In this document: one piece after another, positions 25,860-37,774 of the stretch | Layout of the letters: each line of letters opens with the position of its first letter | How positions within the stretch are numbered: the stretch's first letter is position 1 | Assembly: GCA_951406725.2 (NCBI GenBank) | Contig: OX597829.1 | Coordinates: 21,018,001 to 21,082,000, forward strand | DNA: 64,000 nucleotides | Source of the DNA: Octopus vulgaris | Taxonomy: Eukaryota | Reading direction: 5' to 3' | The notes under the pieces: model-generated | Seen by the model: the letters and a program-made list of their open reading frames with translations, nothing else | Database searches by the model: none | Told to the model about the DNA's origin: nothing | Translations under genes and position numbers: made by a program

Positions 25860-26700
25860 AAATGTTTTAAGTAAAATTGAGCTGGAAGATTGCATGGAGC
25901 CTTTTCACCAAAAACAACCTGTAGAAATCTAAAAGATCACAAACCTAATTGTGTTGCTAATCCTACATTAATGCTTATACACCCACCAAAGTCTGATGTA
26001 GAAGGGATAAGTAAAAAATTATCAACTGCTTTACTCCTATGTTTAAAAGGAAAAATGGATTCAGTTTCTGGTCTAATATCATTTAAATAATTAACTGGTA
26101 GAAGGACATAAATGATAAAATAGAGAGCAATAGAAAAAAAGATTGAGAAACTGCTTAAAAAATGTAAGCTTTTCTACTTTTTGAAATATGATTATAAAGA
26201 GGCTAGTTTTCTGAACATGATATTAGACCTAGATATAGGAATTTATCAGGCACATCACAAACTCAGTGAAAGTTTACATTATATGGATAAAATTACAACC
26301 ATCCTGGCACTGTAATTAAATCCATTAGTTAGGAGTGTTTCATCTAGAATATCTAGGCTTTCTGCTAATAAGATTTTTTTCTTAGAATACAGAACATTTT
26401 AATGCTGCTTTAACCAGGGCCAGTTATATGGAAAAGATCTATATATATTCCCAAGGACAGTGGACCACACTTGCAAAAGTGTAATAAACATCTAGGTAAT
26501 ATTATTCTAATAATAGACATAGGATTATAAATATTTATAACACAATGGTAGAATAAATAAGGAAATAACTCCACACTGGAATTAATCAAAATTACTATCA
26601 AGTTAGAGAAGCAAATTGTCTAAATAACTTTGGATTTCCTTCAAAAATCCCTTGTACATACTCGGAAAATTCAGAAATTAGACCTAAATTAGGAATGAAT
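25860..26700 (+). mobile_element. Penelope-like relic; further relics at ~3500-4330, 14880-15650, 33570-33830, 45300-46200(-), 49120-49600
   Basis: Degenerate LNMILDLDIGIY..H, NHPGTVIKS, VSSRISRLSAN (PLE RT thumb). Others show KCIGLCESDFKKRCINH, TYTGATENSFK and LGSF/FQPNALN. Confidence 0.65.
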
Positions 26701-28233
26701 AAATAAACATAATAATATAGGTTTAAGTCTGAGAAAAATCATTACACACCATATAATTGTAAGAGAACCAAGCAATGTGGAATCAACCATACGAATCTAA
26801 TTAATTTGAGGTGTATTTCTTAAACCTCTGACTGTTTGTTGGCTCCTTAAACATCCATATCTTCCTTCTACAAACGATCTTGAGCTTTTTGGTCCATCTA
26901 GTTCTTATTTTGAAATCAGTAACATATATATTAGGTGGTACATTCGTTTTTGTATCCTGTTTTCTGATGAGAATATGCAATATCTATAAGATTATGCAAT
27001 ACATTACAATAACCTCCCAACTCTTCAGGCCAAACCATATGCAGGTCGGTAATTGATATGCACTCTGTTTAGTAAATCTAACAACATATGAACATTCAAA
27101 GCAGAAATACAAAGAATTCAATTTGGCAGTTGGCAGGAGTACTCTCAGCCAATCACACTTGTGGGTAATCATATTAAGCTCTCAGAGAAAGCTTGATGTC
27201 CAAACTCTGAGTTTCAAGTTAGACAAATGGTGGGAGACAAAATATAGTTGATTAGAACAAAAGAAAAAAAAAAGTTGAATGGCTTGAGTATATATTGCAA
27301 AACTAGAATTTTGTGCAGTTACTAGTTATTTTTTGACTGACATTTATTTTGTTTCTATATTGCTGCAGTATTTTGGTTTTGTTTCTTTAGTTCTATGGGA
27401 CAATTACCATTGTTAAACATGAGGCTTTCCTGGTATATAAATTTAAAAGCATTGGAAAGTTCTGTGTCCTAGGTTCTAATGGATGTATATTTTTCATTAT
27501 CTTTGTTTTTAGTCTTTAACATTTCTGCTCTGGTCTTCAATATGGTGATCTTCCTTTTACATGTCAATTATGGTTCTGTTTGGTAGACATATGTTGCTGG
27601 CAAACTCAGAGCCATGACACTGGACACTTGCCCAAAGCACTGCATAATTGAATCAGACTTGGATCGGTTTGCTTGGGAAGAAAACCTCTTCACTATGCAG
27701 TCATACTTGTGCCCAAGTACTATATTTTGTCTCCCACCATTTGTCTAACTTGGACATCAAGCTTTCTCTGATAGCGTAATATGATTACCCACAAGTGTGA
27801 TTGGCTGATTGTACTCCTGCCAACTGCCAAATTGAATTCTTGGTATTTCTGCTTTGAATGTTCATATGTTGTTAGATTTGCTAAACAGAGTGCATATCAA
27901 TTACCGACCTGCATATGGTTTGGCCTGAAGAGTTGGGAGGTTATTGTAATGTATTGCATATTCTCATCAGAAAACAGGATACAAAAACGAATGTACCACC
28001 TAATATATGTTACTGATTTCAAAATAAGAACTAGATGGACCAAAAAGCTTAAGATCGTTTGTAGAAGGAAGATATGGATGTTTAAGGAGCCAACAAACAG
28101 TCAGAGGTTTAAGAAATACACCTCAAATTAATTAGATTCGTATGGTTGATTCCACATTGCTTGGTTCTCTTACAATTATATGGTGTGTAATGATTTTTCT
28201 CAGACTTAAACCTATATTATTATGTTTATTTAT
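26699..28233. repeat. Long inverted repeat: ~530-bp arms (26699-27248 / 27719-28233), ~470-bp spacer
   Basis: The arms are reverse complements with a handful of substitutions and two ~17-19-bp indels. ORFs 26984-27172(-) and 27781-28131(+) give nearly the same peptide. Confidence 0.95.
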
Positions 28234-28828
28234 TTATTTATTTATACCTGTGCCCACATGAAATTAACATATTAACTGCCACAGCTGGTTACTGGAACTT
28301 ACTGGTGATGCCATGTATTTTGTGTGGTCACTCTGCATACTGTTTAATTACAAAGAATGTAATTTTCTTTGCATTTTAACAATATTTCATAATTAAACTT
28401 TAATATTCACCCCTCATTTTATTTAAATATCCTTGAAGCCATGTCAGAGATACAGAATAAAATATTTTCTCAAATCATGAAAACGTACCATCACTGGTGG
28501 TGCATATGGTGGTTGTGTGAAATCTGCGATGAATTTCTGGTGATATATGTGGTGATTAACATGTTAATTGCATAAATTAATAATTCAAATTAGATAGTAT
28601 GACCTATAGAAATAATAGTTAAGAAATTGTTGATATAATCATACTTAGATTATATATTACATATAATAAATAAAATCAATATTAAAAAAATAGCAAATTT
28701 TGTATATATAATGTATATATATATATATATATATATTTTTTAATAATATATTATTATTAATATTAGGAAATTAATTATATATTTATACTTATACATATTT
28801 ACATATATTTTTAACCCCTATCTCACTT

Positions 28829-28878
<50 letters not shown>

Positions 28879-29331
28879 GGCTCGTATTAAATATATAAAT
28901 ACTTTAATAGTATTAATACTTTAATACAATAGAGCACTCAATATAAATTCAGTAAACATGAATGTGAATAATTTTTTTTTATTTCATGTACAATGTGTAT
29001 GTATGTGAGAAAATGTATAATTGTTGTTATTTATTTAACTCTTGACATCCTGTTGGAAATTTTCTAAGTTCTGTTATGATTGAGTAGAAAATACCAAAAA
29101 ATACATTTGTGCATGCAAATGCTTATAGTGTATATAATTGTGATAAGAGTATTATGAAAGTCTTTTGAATAGCTAAGACGAAGTATCTGGTGCTTTAACT
29201 TTACAAATAATGTTCATTACCTTGATAAAACTGTCTCTCAAAACTTGAATACCTTTAAAATGCAAATCATGTAAGTGAATAATTGATGACAGTGTTTCTT
29301 TCTTTCTTTCTTTCTTAAAACGGTATTTTAG

Positions 29332-29458
29332 ATGAACGCTGATGAAGTCAGCGTGGTTCTGGAAGAAGATGGTACACTTGTAGATAGTTCCTATTTTAAA
29401 GCATTACCTCCACAGACAGTTTTTGTCTTACTTAAGAAAGATGAGAAATGGCCAGGCA
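29332..29458 (+). CDS. DFFB: DFFB coding exon 2; second half of CIDE-N
   Basis: ttttag|MNADEVSVVLEEDGTLVDSSYFKALPPQTVFVLLKKDEKWPG+A|gtaagt. It carries the CIDE-N signature LxEDGTxV...YF..LP..T..V.L...E.W; 127 nt, phase 0 to 1. Confidence 0.93.
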
Positions 29459-29527
29459 GTAAGTAGAATCTTGTATTAATTCTGTTGTTTTGAATATATG
29501 TGCTGGATTGGCTGATTTAAATGGAAA

Positions 29528-29563
<36 letters not shown>

Positions 29564-29628
29564 GTTTAAATATTTGTTGTGCAAGATTTATTGGCTAAAC
29601 TGGCAATATGACCATTCCGAAATATAAC

Positions 29629-29663
<35 letters not shown>

Positions 29664-29664
29664 T

Positions 29665-29704
<40 letters not shown>

Positions 29705-29716
29705 TATATGTACATG

Positions 29717-29748
<32 letters not shown>

Positions 29749-29783
29749 TATATATGCATGTATATGTGTGTGTCTGTGTGCAT

Positions 29784-29994
29784 AACACTTTAGTATTCAG
29801 ATTATTCTGTCAAATGTAATGCTTATTTATTCACATCATTTTGATTTAATCATGCATTATCTCGTAGCTTCAAGATTACAATGATGTGATTGTTTCTTTT
29901 TAGAATGACATTGGAAGGTTGGTATGAGGGGCTGGATCTAGTCAGTTTTGTATATATTGGCCAGGTATGGCTGGTTTAAATGCTAAAGGGTTAA
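29784..29994. mobile_element. piggyBac-type MITE; relatives at ~48430-48706 and ~59188-59725
   Basis: Ends taacactttagtattc...aatgctaaagggttaa (CCC/GGG terminus + TTAA); internal sequence shared with the other two copies. Confidence 0.6.
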
Positions 29995-31268
29995 AACATT
30001 ATTTTGAGAATGATTGTAGGCCATGAACTGTGAAACTATTATTCAAAAGTCTTCACTTTTCTATTTACTTAAAGACTAATTTGGTTAACATTTTATTAGA
30101 ACTTCAGTTTTATTATTAGATTAGATCAATGTCACTTTTATGGTTTGTCCATCTGCTGGCACTCCAACAGTGATGACAATGAGTGTTCCAGTTGATCCAA
30201 TCAACAAAATAGCTTGCTTGTGAAATTAATGTGCAAGTGGCTGAACACTCCACAGAAACACATACCCTTAACATAGTTCTGAGAGAGATTCAGCATGACA
30301 CATACAGGCATCCAGCAACAGGACCTCAGTAATGCCATGATGGACCGTGAAGTCTGGCGTAGCATGGTAAATTCCATTGTCTTGATCACAGTCGAACAAT
30401 GATGATGATGAGTGTTACAAGGCTAGCCCTTTGAATTACAGGCACAATCAATTACGCCAGGTGAGTGGACTGGAGCAATGTGAAAGAAATTGTCTTGCTC
30501 AGGGACAAAATGCATCAATGGAAATTGAACTCACAACTTTATGATCGTGTGCTGAATATGTGGACAAAGTAAAGGTACATGGCTTAGTGGTAACCGCTAA
30601 GCCATGTACCTTTACTTTGTCCATGTATAAAGATGATGATCATGACATTTATTGGGTTCAAGACTCATTGTATCCAGGATTGGCTGACAAATAATAAACA
30701 GACACAAATGCATTGTTGCATGTCTGAAAGATATGGTCAGAGTGTGAATGGATGGTGACATGTGCCACATGTCACTTACTACAACAGAGTCTCTGCTACT
30801 CTTCTCTTTGCTTTACAAATTAGTAAACTGACTGAGTCCTTTCCAATGTTATGCATTATATATATTTATGGTAGTAGACCTTTTTTTTCTCAAAATGCTG
30901 AGCCTTATAAAGGAAATGACCGAGGTCCAAGATATGTAGTCCATTACTGTGCTAAAGAAAACTTGCCTACCACAACAGAATTGAGATTCTAAAACCAAGG
31001 TGTCATGTAAAAAAGCATTGGTGTGGGTGCTGATGCCATGTAAAAAGCTCTGGTGCCACATAAAGAGCATTGGTGAAGGTGCCAAGTAAAAAGCACCCAG
31101 TACACATTTTAAAGTGGTTGGCATTAGGAAGGGCATCAAGCTGTAGAAAGCAAGCCAAAACAGACCATAGGAACCTGGTGTGGCTCCTGGCCTTGGCATT
31201 TACTCTCAAGCCATCCAACCCATGCCAGCATGGGAAACGGATGTTAAATGTTGATGACGATGATGACT

Positions 31269-31314
<46 letters not shown>

Positions 31315-31609
31315 GACATGATCAAAGCAATTAAACATGTTATTGACACCAACTTGTCCATTTAAAGATATGCAGTCTGATATTTCTATTTTGGTTATTA
31401 AGGAAATATGTCAAGGCTCTTTTCATAGCTCCTTAAATGACTTTCACTCACTGGATAATTATTTGTGCACCTACTACAACTTTCTGAATTGCATACTCTT
31501 AGTCATTTTAGAGACTTCTTCTTTTTTTTTCATTTCCTTACATTGTTGAGCTTGTCATCTGTTCAAGAAATTTGAATCAGAGTTTTTGTTTCAAATGGTT
31601 CCAAACTAA

Positions 31610-31905
31610 TTTCTCTCTCTCTCTCTCCACCCCCCTCTCTCACCCACTCTCCCCTCTGACTCTCTCTACCCCACCTTTCTTTCCCCACCTCTCTTTTCCA
31701 GACTCTCCCCACCCCCACTTTTTCTCCCTCACATCTCTCTCCCACCCCTCTCTCCCATTCACCTCTCCCTACTTCTCTCCCACCCATCTCTTCCAACCTC
31801 TCTCCACCTCTCTTCCTATTTCACTCCTTTCTCTCCACCTCTCTCTCCTTCACCTCTCTCCCCTCTACTCCTCACCCCTCCTCTCTCTTCCACTCCTCCG
31901 CCCTC
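31610..31905. repeat. Polypyrimidine (C/T-rich) low-complexity tract
   Basis: ~300 bp made almost entirely of C/T with scattered A. Confidence 0.9.
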
Positions 31906-32261
31906 TCAGTTTAAAAGCTATCAAACCATTCACTTTCTGTTAAGCTGCTTGTTGCATTGTATTATTTGCATTCACTTGGCCATGCTCTCCATATGATAAA
32001 GATCTAACTGACTCAGTATGTACTGTTTGTTGATGCAGTCTATAATATATCAGTGACTAGCTGATCAGGTAATGACATAGTAACATGGTATGAATACGAG
32101 CTTTAAACCTGTCAATGTTTCTTACCTTCCAAGTTATATTATTTATGATGAACACAGTGGAATATTCTAAGGACACACAAGGGACAGATGGTTGTGTTAA
32201 TTAAGTAGGATTAAGCTGGTCATGAATAAACAAGAACAGTTACTGTGACAGACCTCTACAC

Positions 32262-32478
32262 AGGCGGCGAGCTGGCAGAAACGTTAGCGCACAAGGCGAA
32301 ATGCTTGGCAGTATTTCGTCTGCCGCTACGTTCTGAGTTCAAATTCCGCCGAGGTTGACTTTACCTTTCATCCTTTCGGGGTGATTAAATAAGTACCAGT
32401 TACGCACTGGGGTCGATGTAATCGACTTAATCCCTTTGTCTGTCCTTGTTTAGCCCCTTGTGGGCAATAAAGAAATAA
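32262..32478 (+). mobile_element. tRNA-head CORE-type SINE family B; copies at ~1930-2070(-), 9930-10140, 18935-19135, 19157-19330, 41966-42187, 46510-47040, 52716-52962(-), 57270-57380, 63738-63870
   Basis: ggcggcgagctggcagaaacg...gagttcaaattcc...cctttcatcctttcgggg...taagtaccag (CORE-like); near-perfect TSD gacctctacaca/gacttctacaca. Confidence 0.85.
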
Positions 32479-32795
32479 GACTTCTACACAGTTTTTGTAC
32501 ACAAAATTTCACTCACAGACTTTTAAGCAGTAGTCAGCTCAAAGCTTTGGTAAAAGATACTTTACTCAAAGTGCTGCACAGAAGGATGAAACTGAGAACT
32601 TTGTAGCATGAGTGATAAAGCTAAAAAGACAAGGGGTCATGATGAATAACGGACGTTTGCAGTAAATTTAAGTGGAGGTGGTATGTAACTAGCTACTCTG
32701 AGGATTAGAAGTTGTTTGTAGTATTAGCAGAAGAGATAGAGAGAAGTGACAATATTTCTGAGGGTGGGTAGTTGTAGTGCAAAGGTGGAGTGTGT

Positions 32796-32838
<43 letters not shown>

Positions 32839-32934
32839 CATACATACATACATACATACATACATACATACAGAATAATGCTGGACAGTATGTATAGGAT
32901 AGATAATCCTTGCATTGCAGAAAAATTTGTCAGC

Positions 32935-33007
32935 GGCCAGTCATGAGACTCGAATTCACACTTCTCTGATTACCGGTCAAGTGCTCTACCATTAAGCTAA
33001 ACTGCCC
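32935..33007 (-). pseudogene. tRNA-like sequence (anticodon GGT, Thr-like) flanked by 22-bp inverted repeats
   Basis: GGCAGTT TA GCTT AATGGTA GAGC A CTTGA CCGGTAA TCAGA GAAGT GTGAA TTCGAGT CTCAT GACTGGC folds as a cloverleaf with 3 mismatches and C at position 33; flanking IR 32915-32936/33006-33027. Confidence 0.6.
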
Positions 33008-33048
33008 ACTGACAAATCTTTCTGCAAGTTTTGAATTTATGATATATA

Positions 33049-33110
<62 letters not shown>

Positions 33111-36100
33111 TATTTGCCCTGTCCGTGTGAGCTAACAGTCGTACTGGCTTTCATGGGAAACATGTATCTTCGTGGTTGAAACCTTTTGGATTAACTGGTG
33201 CTAGAGTGATTAATATAGTGACCACTCTCTTATATTTATTTTATATATATAATTATATATAATTATCAGGAAAGATAATCAATCATTGTAGTACATAGCA
33301 CATGTAGTGATGTAAAGAATTTTAGTTATATGTTGTTCAAGACTACACTGCATGTGAGACAAGATTACTTTCTTTGATATGTGCTGTAATTGTGTTTTAA
33401 CAATTATAAAAGAGACTTGACTGTGATATGTTCGGAAACAATGCTAGTTTGATGTGACATATATAGGTTACATGAGGATAATGCAGAGCAGAAGGTTAAG
33501 TAGGAATGAAGAGTGGTATCATTTGCATGGAAATAAGATTTGGTAGAGGTGACAGCAATTAGGTTTCCTGAAGGAGCCCTTATATGAAAAGCATTATTTC
33601 ATGTATTCTAACCAAAATTTCCATTCAGACCGTAACTACAGCAATCCAGATTCTAGATCAGGCATGCAAGGTTGGCTCAGTTTTCTTCAAAACCAAGGTC
33701 ATGTCCATACCACCAGATATATGGGAATTGAAAGAAACAAAATGTATTGGACTGTGTGAAAGTGACTTCAAAAAGAGATGCATCAACCACAGAGATTGTA
33801 GGTCATATCAGAAAGCTGAAGGATAGTAGTACACTGCCCATCACAATTAAACATGCATTAGCCCTTCTCCCATTCAACCAAACATGATAGTTATAGATTT
33901 TGACATTCTCTGGATCATTGGTTTTCAACTGAGGTCCATATCACCCTTGGGCGTCTACATAAGGTTTTATTAAAATTCATCTCCAATAAATTCAGTATAT
34001 TTCTATAATACACAAAATATTTTAACAATTTTTTGTATACAATTCCTAACAATATTTAATTATAAAAATATAATATGATTTTTTAAATATCAGATGGCTA
34101 GGAAGGTTTATTAGAATAAAATAGGAATCAAGAGGGCCTATAGGTAATAAAGGTTGAAAAACACTGCTCTAGATGATACTTATTGCCAAGATAAAACATT
34201 ATATATGCATGGTTACTTCTGTTTCACCAAATATGGGATTGAATGAAAAGAATATATCAGACTGCAAAAAGGACATCAAAAAGAGACACACCAACCACTA
34301 ATAGGACTTTTTCTGGCATACCCAACCTTTACATTTTAAAGGGACATAACTTAACTTCCAAGAATGGAATTTTTCTCCTTTATCATAGAAAATCTTTTCA
34401 CTTTTTTTCCTTGTATTTTCTCACAGAGTAGCCATGTTATATGAGTCTGAATAATTGCCAGGTTGTATATGGTATATCTTATATAAATGCATCTGAATAT
34501 AGTACTTTCCATGCATGGAACTTGAAGTAGTTTACATAGAATTCTTGTATTTTTAAATAATATATAGGCTTGGTTGGGTGATTGAAAATGCATCTGGTTC
34601 TTATAACAAATTGTAGTTTTTAATTTAAAAAAATTTATTAAGGTTACTTGCTGGTTTCAACAAATCTTTTGATTTTCCAATGGTAAATGCAAAACAAGAT
34701 AAAAGTTTTAATTGAAAGAGGATGTACAGGAGAAATTTTCATATTGATAAAGTTTGCTTAAAAAAATTAAATGTTCAATAAGTTTTGTAGTGAAATTACA
34801 TGGCATGCTGGCAGAATCATTGGCATGCCAGGTAAAATGCTTAGCAGCAAAGTACTTATTCTATCGGTCTCTTTTGGGCTTACAAAGAATAAGTTGCTCG
34901 ACTAAAAGCGGTGCTCCAGCATGGCCACAGTCAAATGACTGAAATAAGTAAAAGAGTAAAAGAGAGTAAAGAGTAATATATATATGTGTGTGTATATATA
35001 TATATATATATATACAAGAAGCTTCTTTCAGTTTTCTTCTACCAAATCCATTCACAAGGCTTTGGTCAGCCCAAGATTATAGTAGAAGACACTTGGCCAA
35101 GGCGCTATGCAGTGGGACTGAACCCAGAACCATGGGGTTGGGAAGCAAGCTTCTTACCACACAGCCACACATGTGTGCCTATGCATATTTCTTATCAAGT
35201 TTGTGTTTAGTGCTTGATCCTGAACAGCTGCGAACAAAATTTACTGACAGGCATCTTTGCTGCAAAAGTGCACGATCACTTGCTTCAACATGAGATGCTA
35301 CTTGTCAAGCAGAAGAGATGTTGGAAAAATTTTTAAGGAAACAAGGACAACCTTGCTATTGGCAAAGTAATCATGAATGATTGCAAAAATGCTTAGCAGC
35401 ATTTTCACCTGGCTGTATGTTCCGAGTTCAGTTTTGCCTTCCCATCTTTTCAGGTTAATAAAATTAGTATCAATTAAGTACTTGAGTCAATATAATCGAG
35501 TATACACCTCCACAAATTTTAAACCTTGTGCCTACAGCAGAAAGGATTATTATTATAATTATAATCAGGTTGTGATTATTATTACATTGTTGATAATGCT
35601 ATAATTATTCTTATCAAATTGGTCTTTTACTCCGCTGATTAATTAATGTCTCTCATTATCTCTAACTATATTCTAAAGTGTATTTTGAATAGACCACATA
35701 TTTATCTCTAGATCAATTTATGACCTGTGACTGGATGGTACTACTAAGACCTAATAATTATATGCTTATAGTTTAAGGTGTCACAGTCAAGCTCAGTATT
35801 TTTTTTTCAATCATTTTTACCTATGGACCACTTTGGTGTCTAACTTGAATGGTTCCTCAAAGCCATTCAATATTCAAAAAATCATATTAAATTTTTATAG
35901 TTAAATACTATCAGGAACTTTTCTTTTATTCTTTTATTTGTTTCAGTCATTTGACTGGCTGTGCTGGAGCACCACCTTTAATTGAACAAATTGACCTCAG
36001 GACTTATTCTTTGTAAGCCTAGTATTTATTTTATTGGTCACTTATTCTGGACTGCTAAGTTATGGAGATGTAAACACACCAACACCAGTTATCAAGTGAT

Positions 36101-37356
36101 AATGGGGTGACAAATACAGACACCTACATACATATATTTATATATATTTATATATATATATATATATCATCATCATCATCATCATCGTTTAACGTCCGTT
36201 CTCCATGCTAGCATGGGTTGGATGGTTCGACCAGGGATCTGGGAAGCCAGAAGGCTGCACCAGGCTCCGGTCTTATCTGGCAATGTTTCTACAGCTGGAT
36301 GCCCTTCCTAACGCCAACCACTCTGTGAGTGTAGTGGGTGCTTTTTACTTGCCACCTGCACTGGAGCCAGTCGAGGCGGCGCTGGCATCGGCCACGATTC
36401 GGATAGTGCTTTTTACGTATCTCCAGTCCAGGGGTCCTGGCATCTGCCGGGTGCCAGTCATAGGATTGGTTCAATTTCAATTCCGATTTCGATATATATA
36501 TATATATATATATACCTATATACGATGGGCTTCTTTCAGTTTCCATCTACCAAATCCACTGACAAAGCTAAGAAAATTGATAAAATATTTTGTGTATCGA
36601 AGAAATATAACTAATTTATTGCAGACAAATTTTAATAACAAAATCTTATGTGGACCACTGCCCCATCTCTCCTTGCCCCCAAGGGTCATATCAACCCCAA
36701 TTGAGACCAGTGGTCTAGGCAATATGTTGAAATTCTTCAAAATCTTTATCTGCAAAAGAATGATGTTACTAGACCGAAAATAGGATGATTGGGGATGGTG
36801 GTTTGGACACTGGCAATTTGACACAGCCAACTGGACATTACACTTGTTTTGGTGACAGCACTTGTTTTGGTGGTCATGAATCCAGGTGAAGCTGGACATG
36901 GTTGCAATGACTGCATGGACATTTTTGACATTTTTCATGGGCAATTGTTAGTATTAGTGTTCCTCGGTTATGAGTGGACAGCACTGCTGTGTGGTAGGAA
37001 ACCTGCTTCCCAGTCATAGAGTTCTGGATTCAATCCACTGCATGGCACCTTGGGTAAGTGTCTTCTACTATAGCCTTGGGCCAACCGAAACCTTGTGAGT
37101 GGATTTGGCAGATGAAAACTGAAAGAAACCTGTTGCATGTATATACGTGCGTGTGTATGTGTGTATCTTTGTGTCAGTGTTTGACACCAGTGGTGGTGTG
37201 TTTACAACCCCATAACCTAGTGGTTTGGCAAAAGAGAGCGATAGAATAAGTACCAATCTTAAAATATAAGTTCTGGGGTTGATTTATTTGACCAAAAAAT
37301 TCTCCAGGGTGGTGCCCCAGCATGGCCACAATCTAATATATACATATATATATGCA

Positions 37357-37415
<59 letters not shown>

Positions 37416-37417
37416 TT

Positions 37418-37472
<55 letters not shown>

Positions 37473-37494
37473 TAGTAATGGTATGACAATAAAA

Positions 37495-37774
37495 GAATGA
37501 TAATATAATATGTGACAATTATTCGGTTGCCATAATAAAACTCTGAGTTTTGTATGTCAAGGTGGAAATCTGCTCCGGCATCTCATCAGTTATCAAGGCA
37601 ATCAAAAAATGCTATTTAGAATATGTTCTCTGTAATGTCCTCTTCCATGTCGTAAAAGAAAGCTTTCCATCTCATTTGCTTCATAAGGTCTGTAATCGGT
37701 AAATCAAATTTCACAATATAAATATATAATATATAATTTATGTTTAATTTATAATTGATATATGTAATTTGATG
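37495..37774 (-). mobile_element. Penelope-like pseudo-LTR fragment with hammerhead; inverted end at ~40256-40300, beyond the RTE insertion
   Basis: MKQMRWKAFFY (PLE N-terminal RMRWKAFF motif); CTGATGA hammerhead core; atcaaatttcacaatataaata mirrored by tatttgtattgtgaaatttgat after the RTE. Confidence 0.7.
37535..37593 (-). ncRNA. Hammerhead motif in the PLE pseudo-LTR (CpG-decayed)
   Basis: Minus strand: ataa CTGATGA gatg...catac AAAAC tcaga GTT ttat. Confidence 0.65.

Noticed and set aside
27781-28131. 116-aa ORF as a host gene or DFFB exon
   Set aside because: It lies in an inverted-repeat arm, starts without domain similarity, and the true CIDE-N exon 1 is at 16496.
33120-33180. Minus-strand cacgaaga...catgaaagc...gctc hammerhead-like fold
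   Set aside because: The core is not CUGANGA and there is no convincing stem I.
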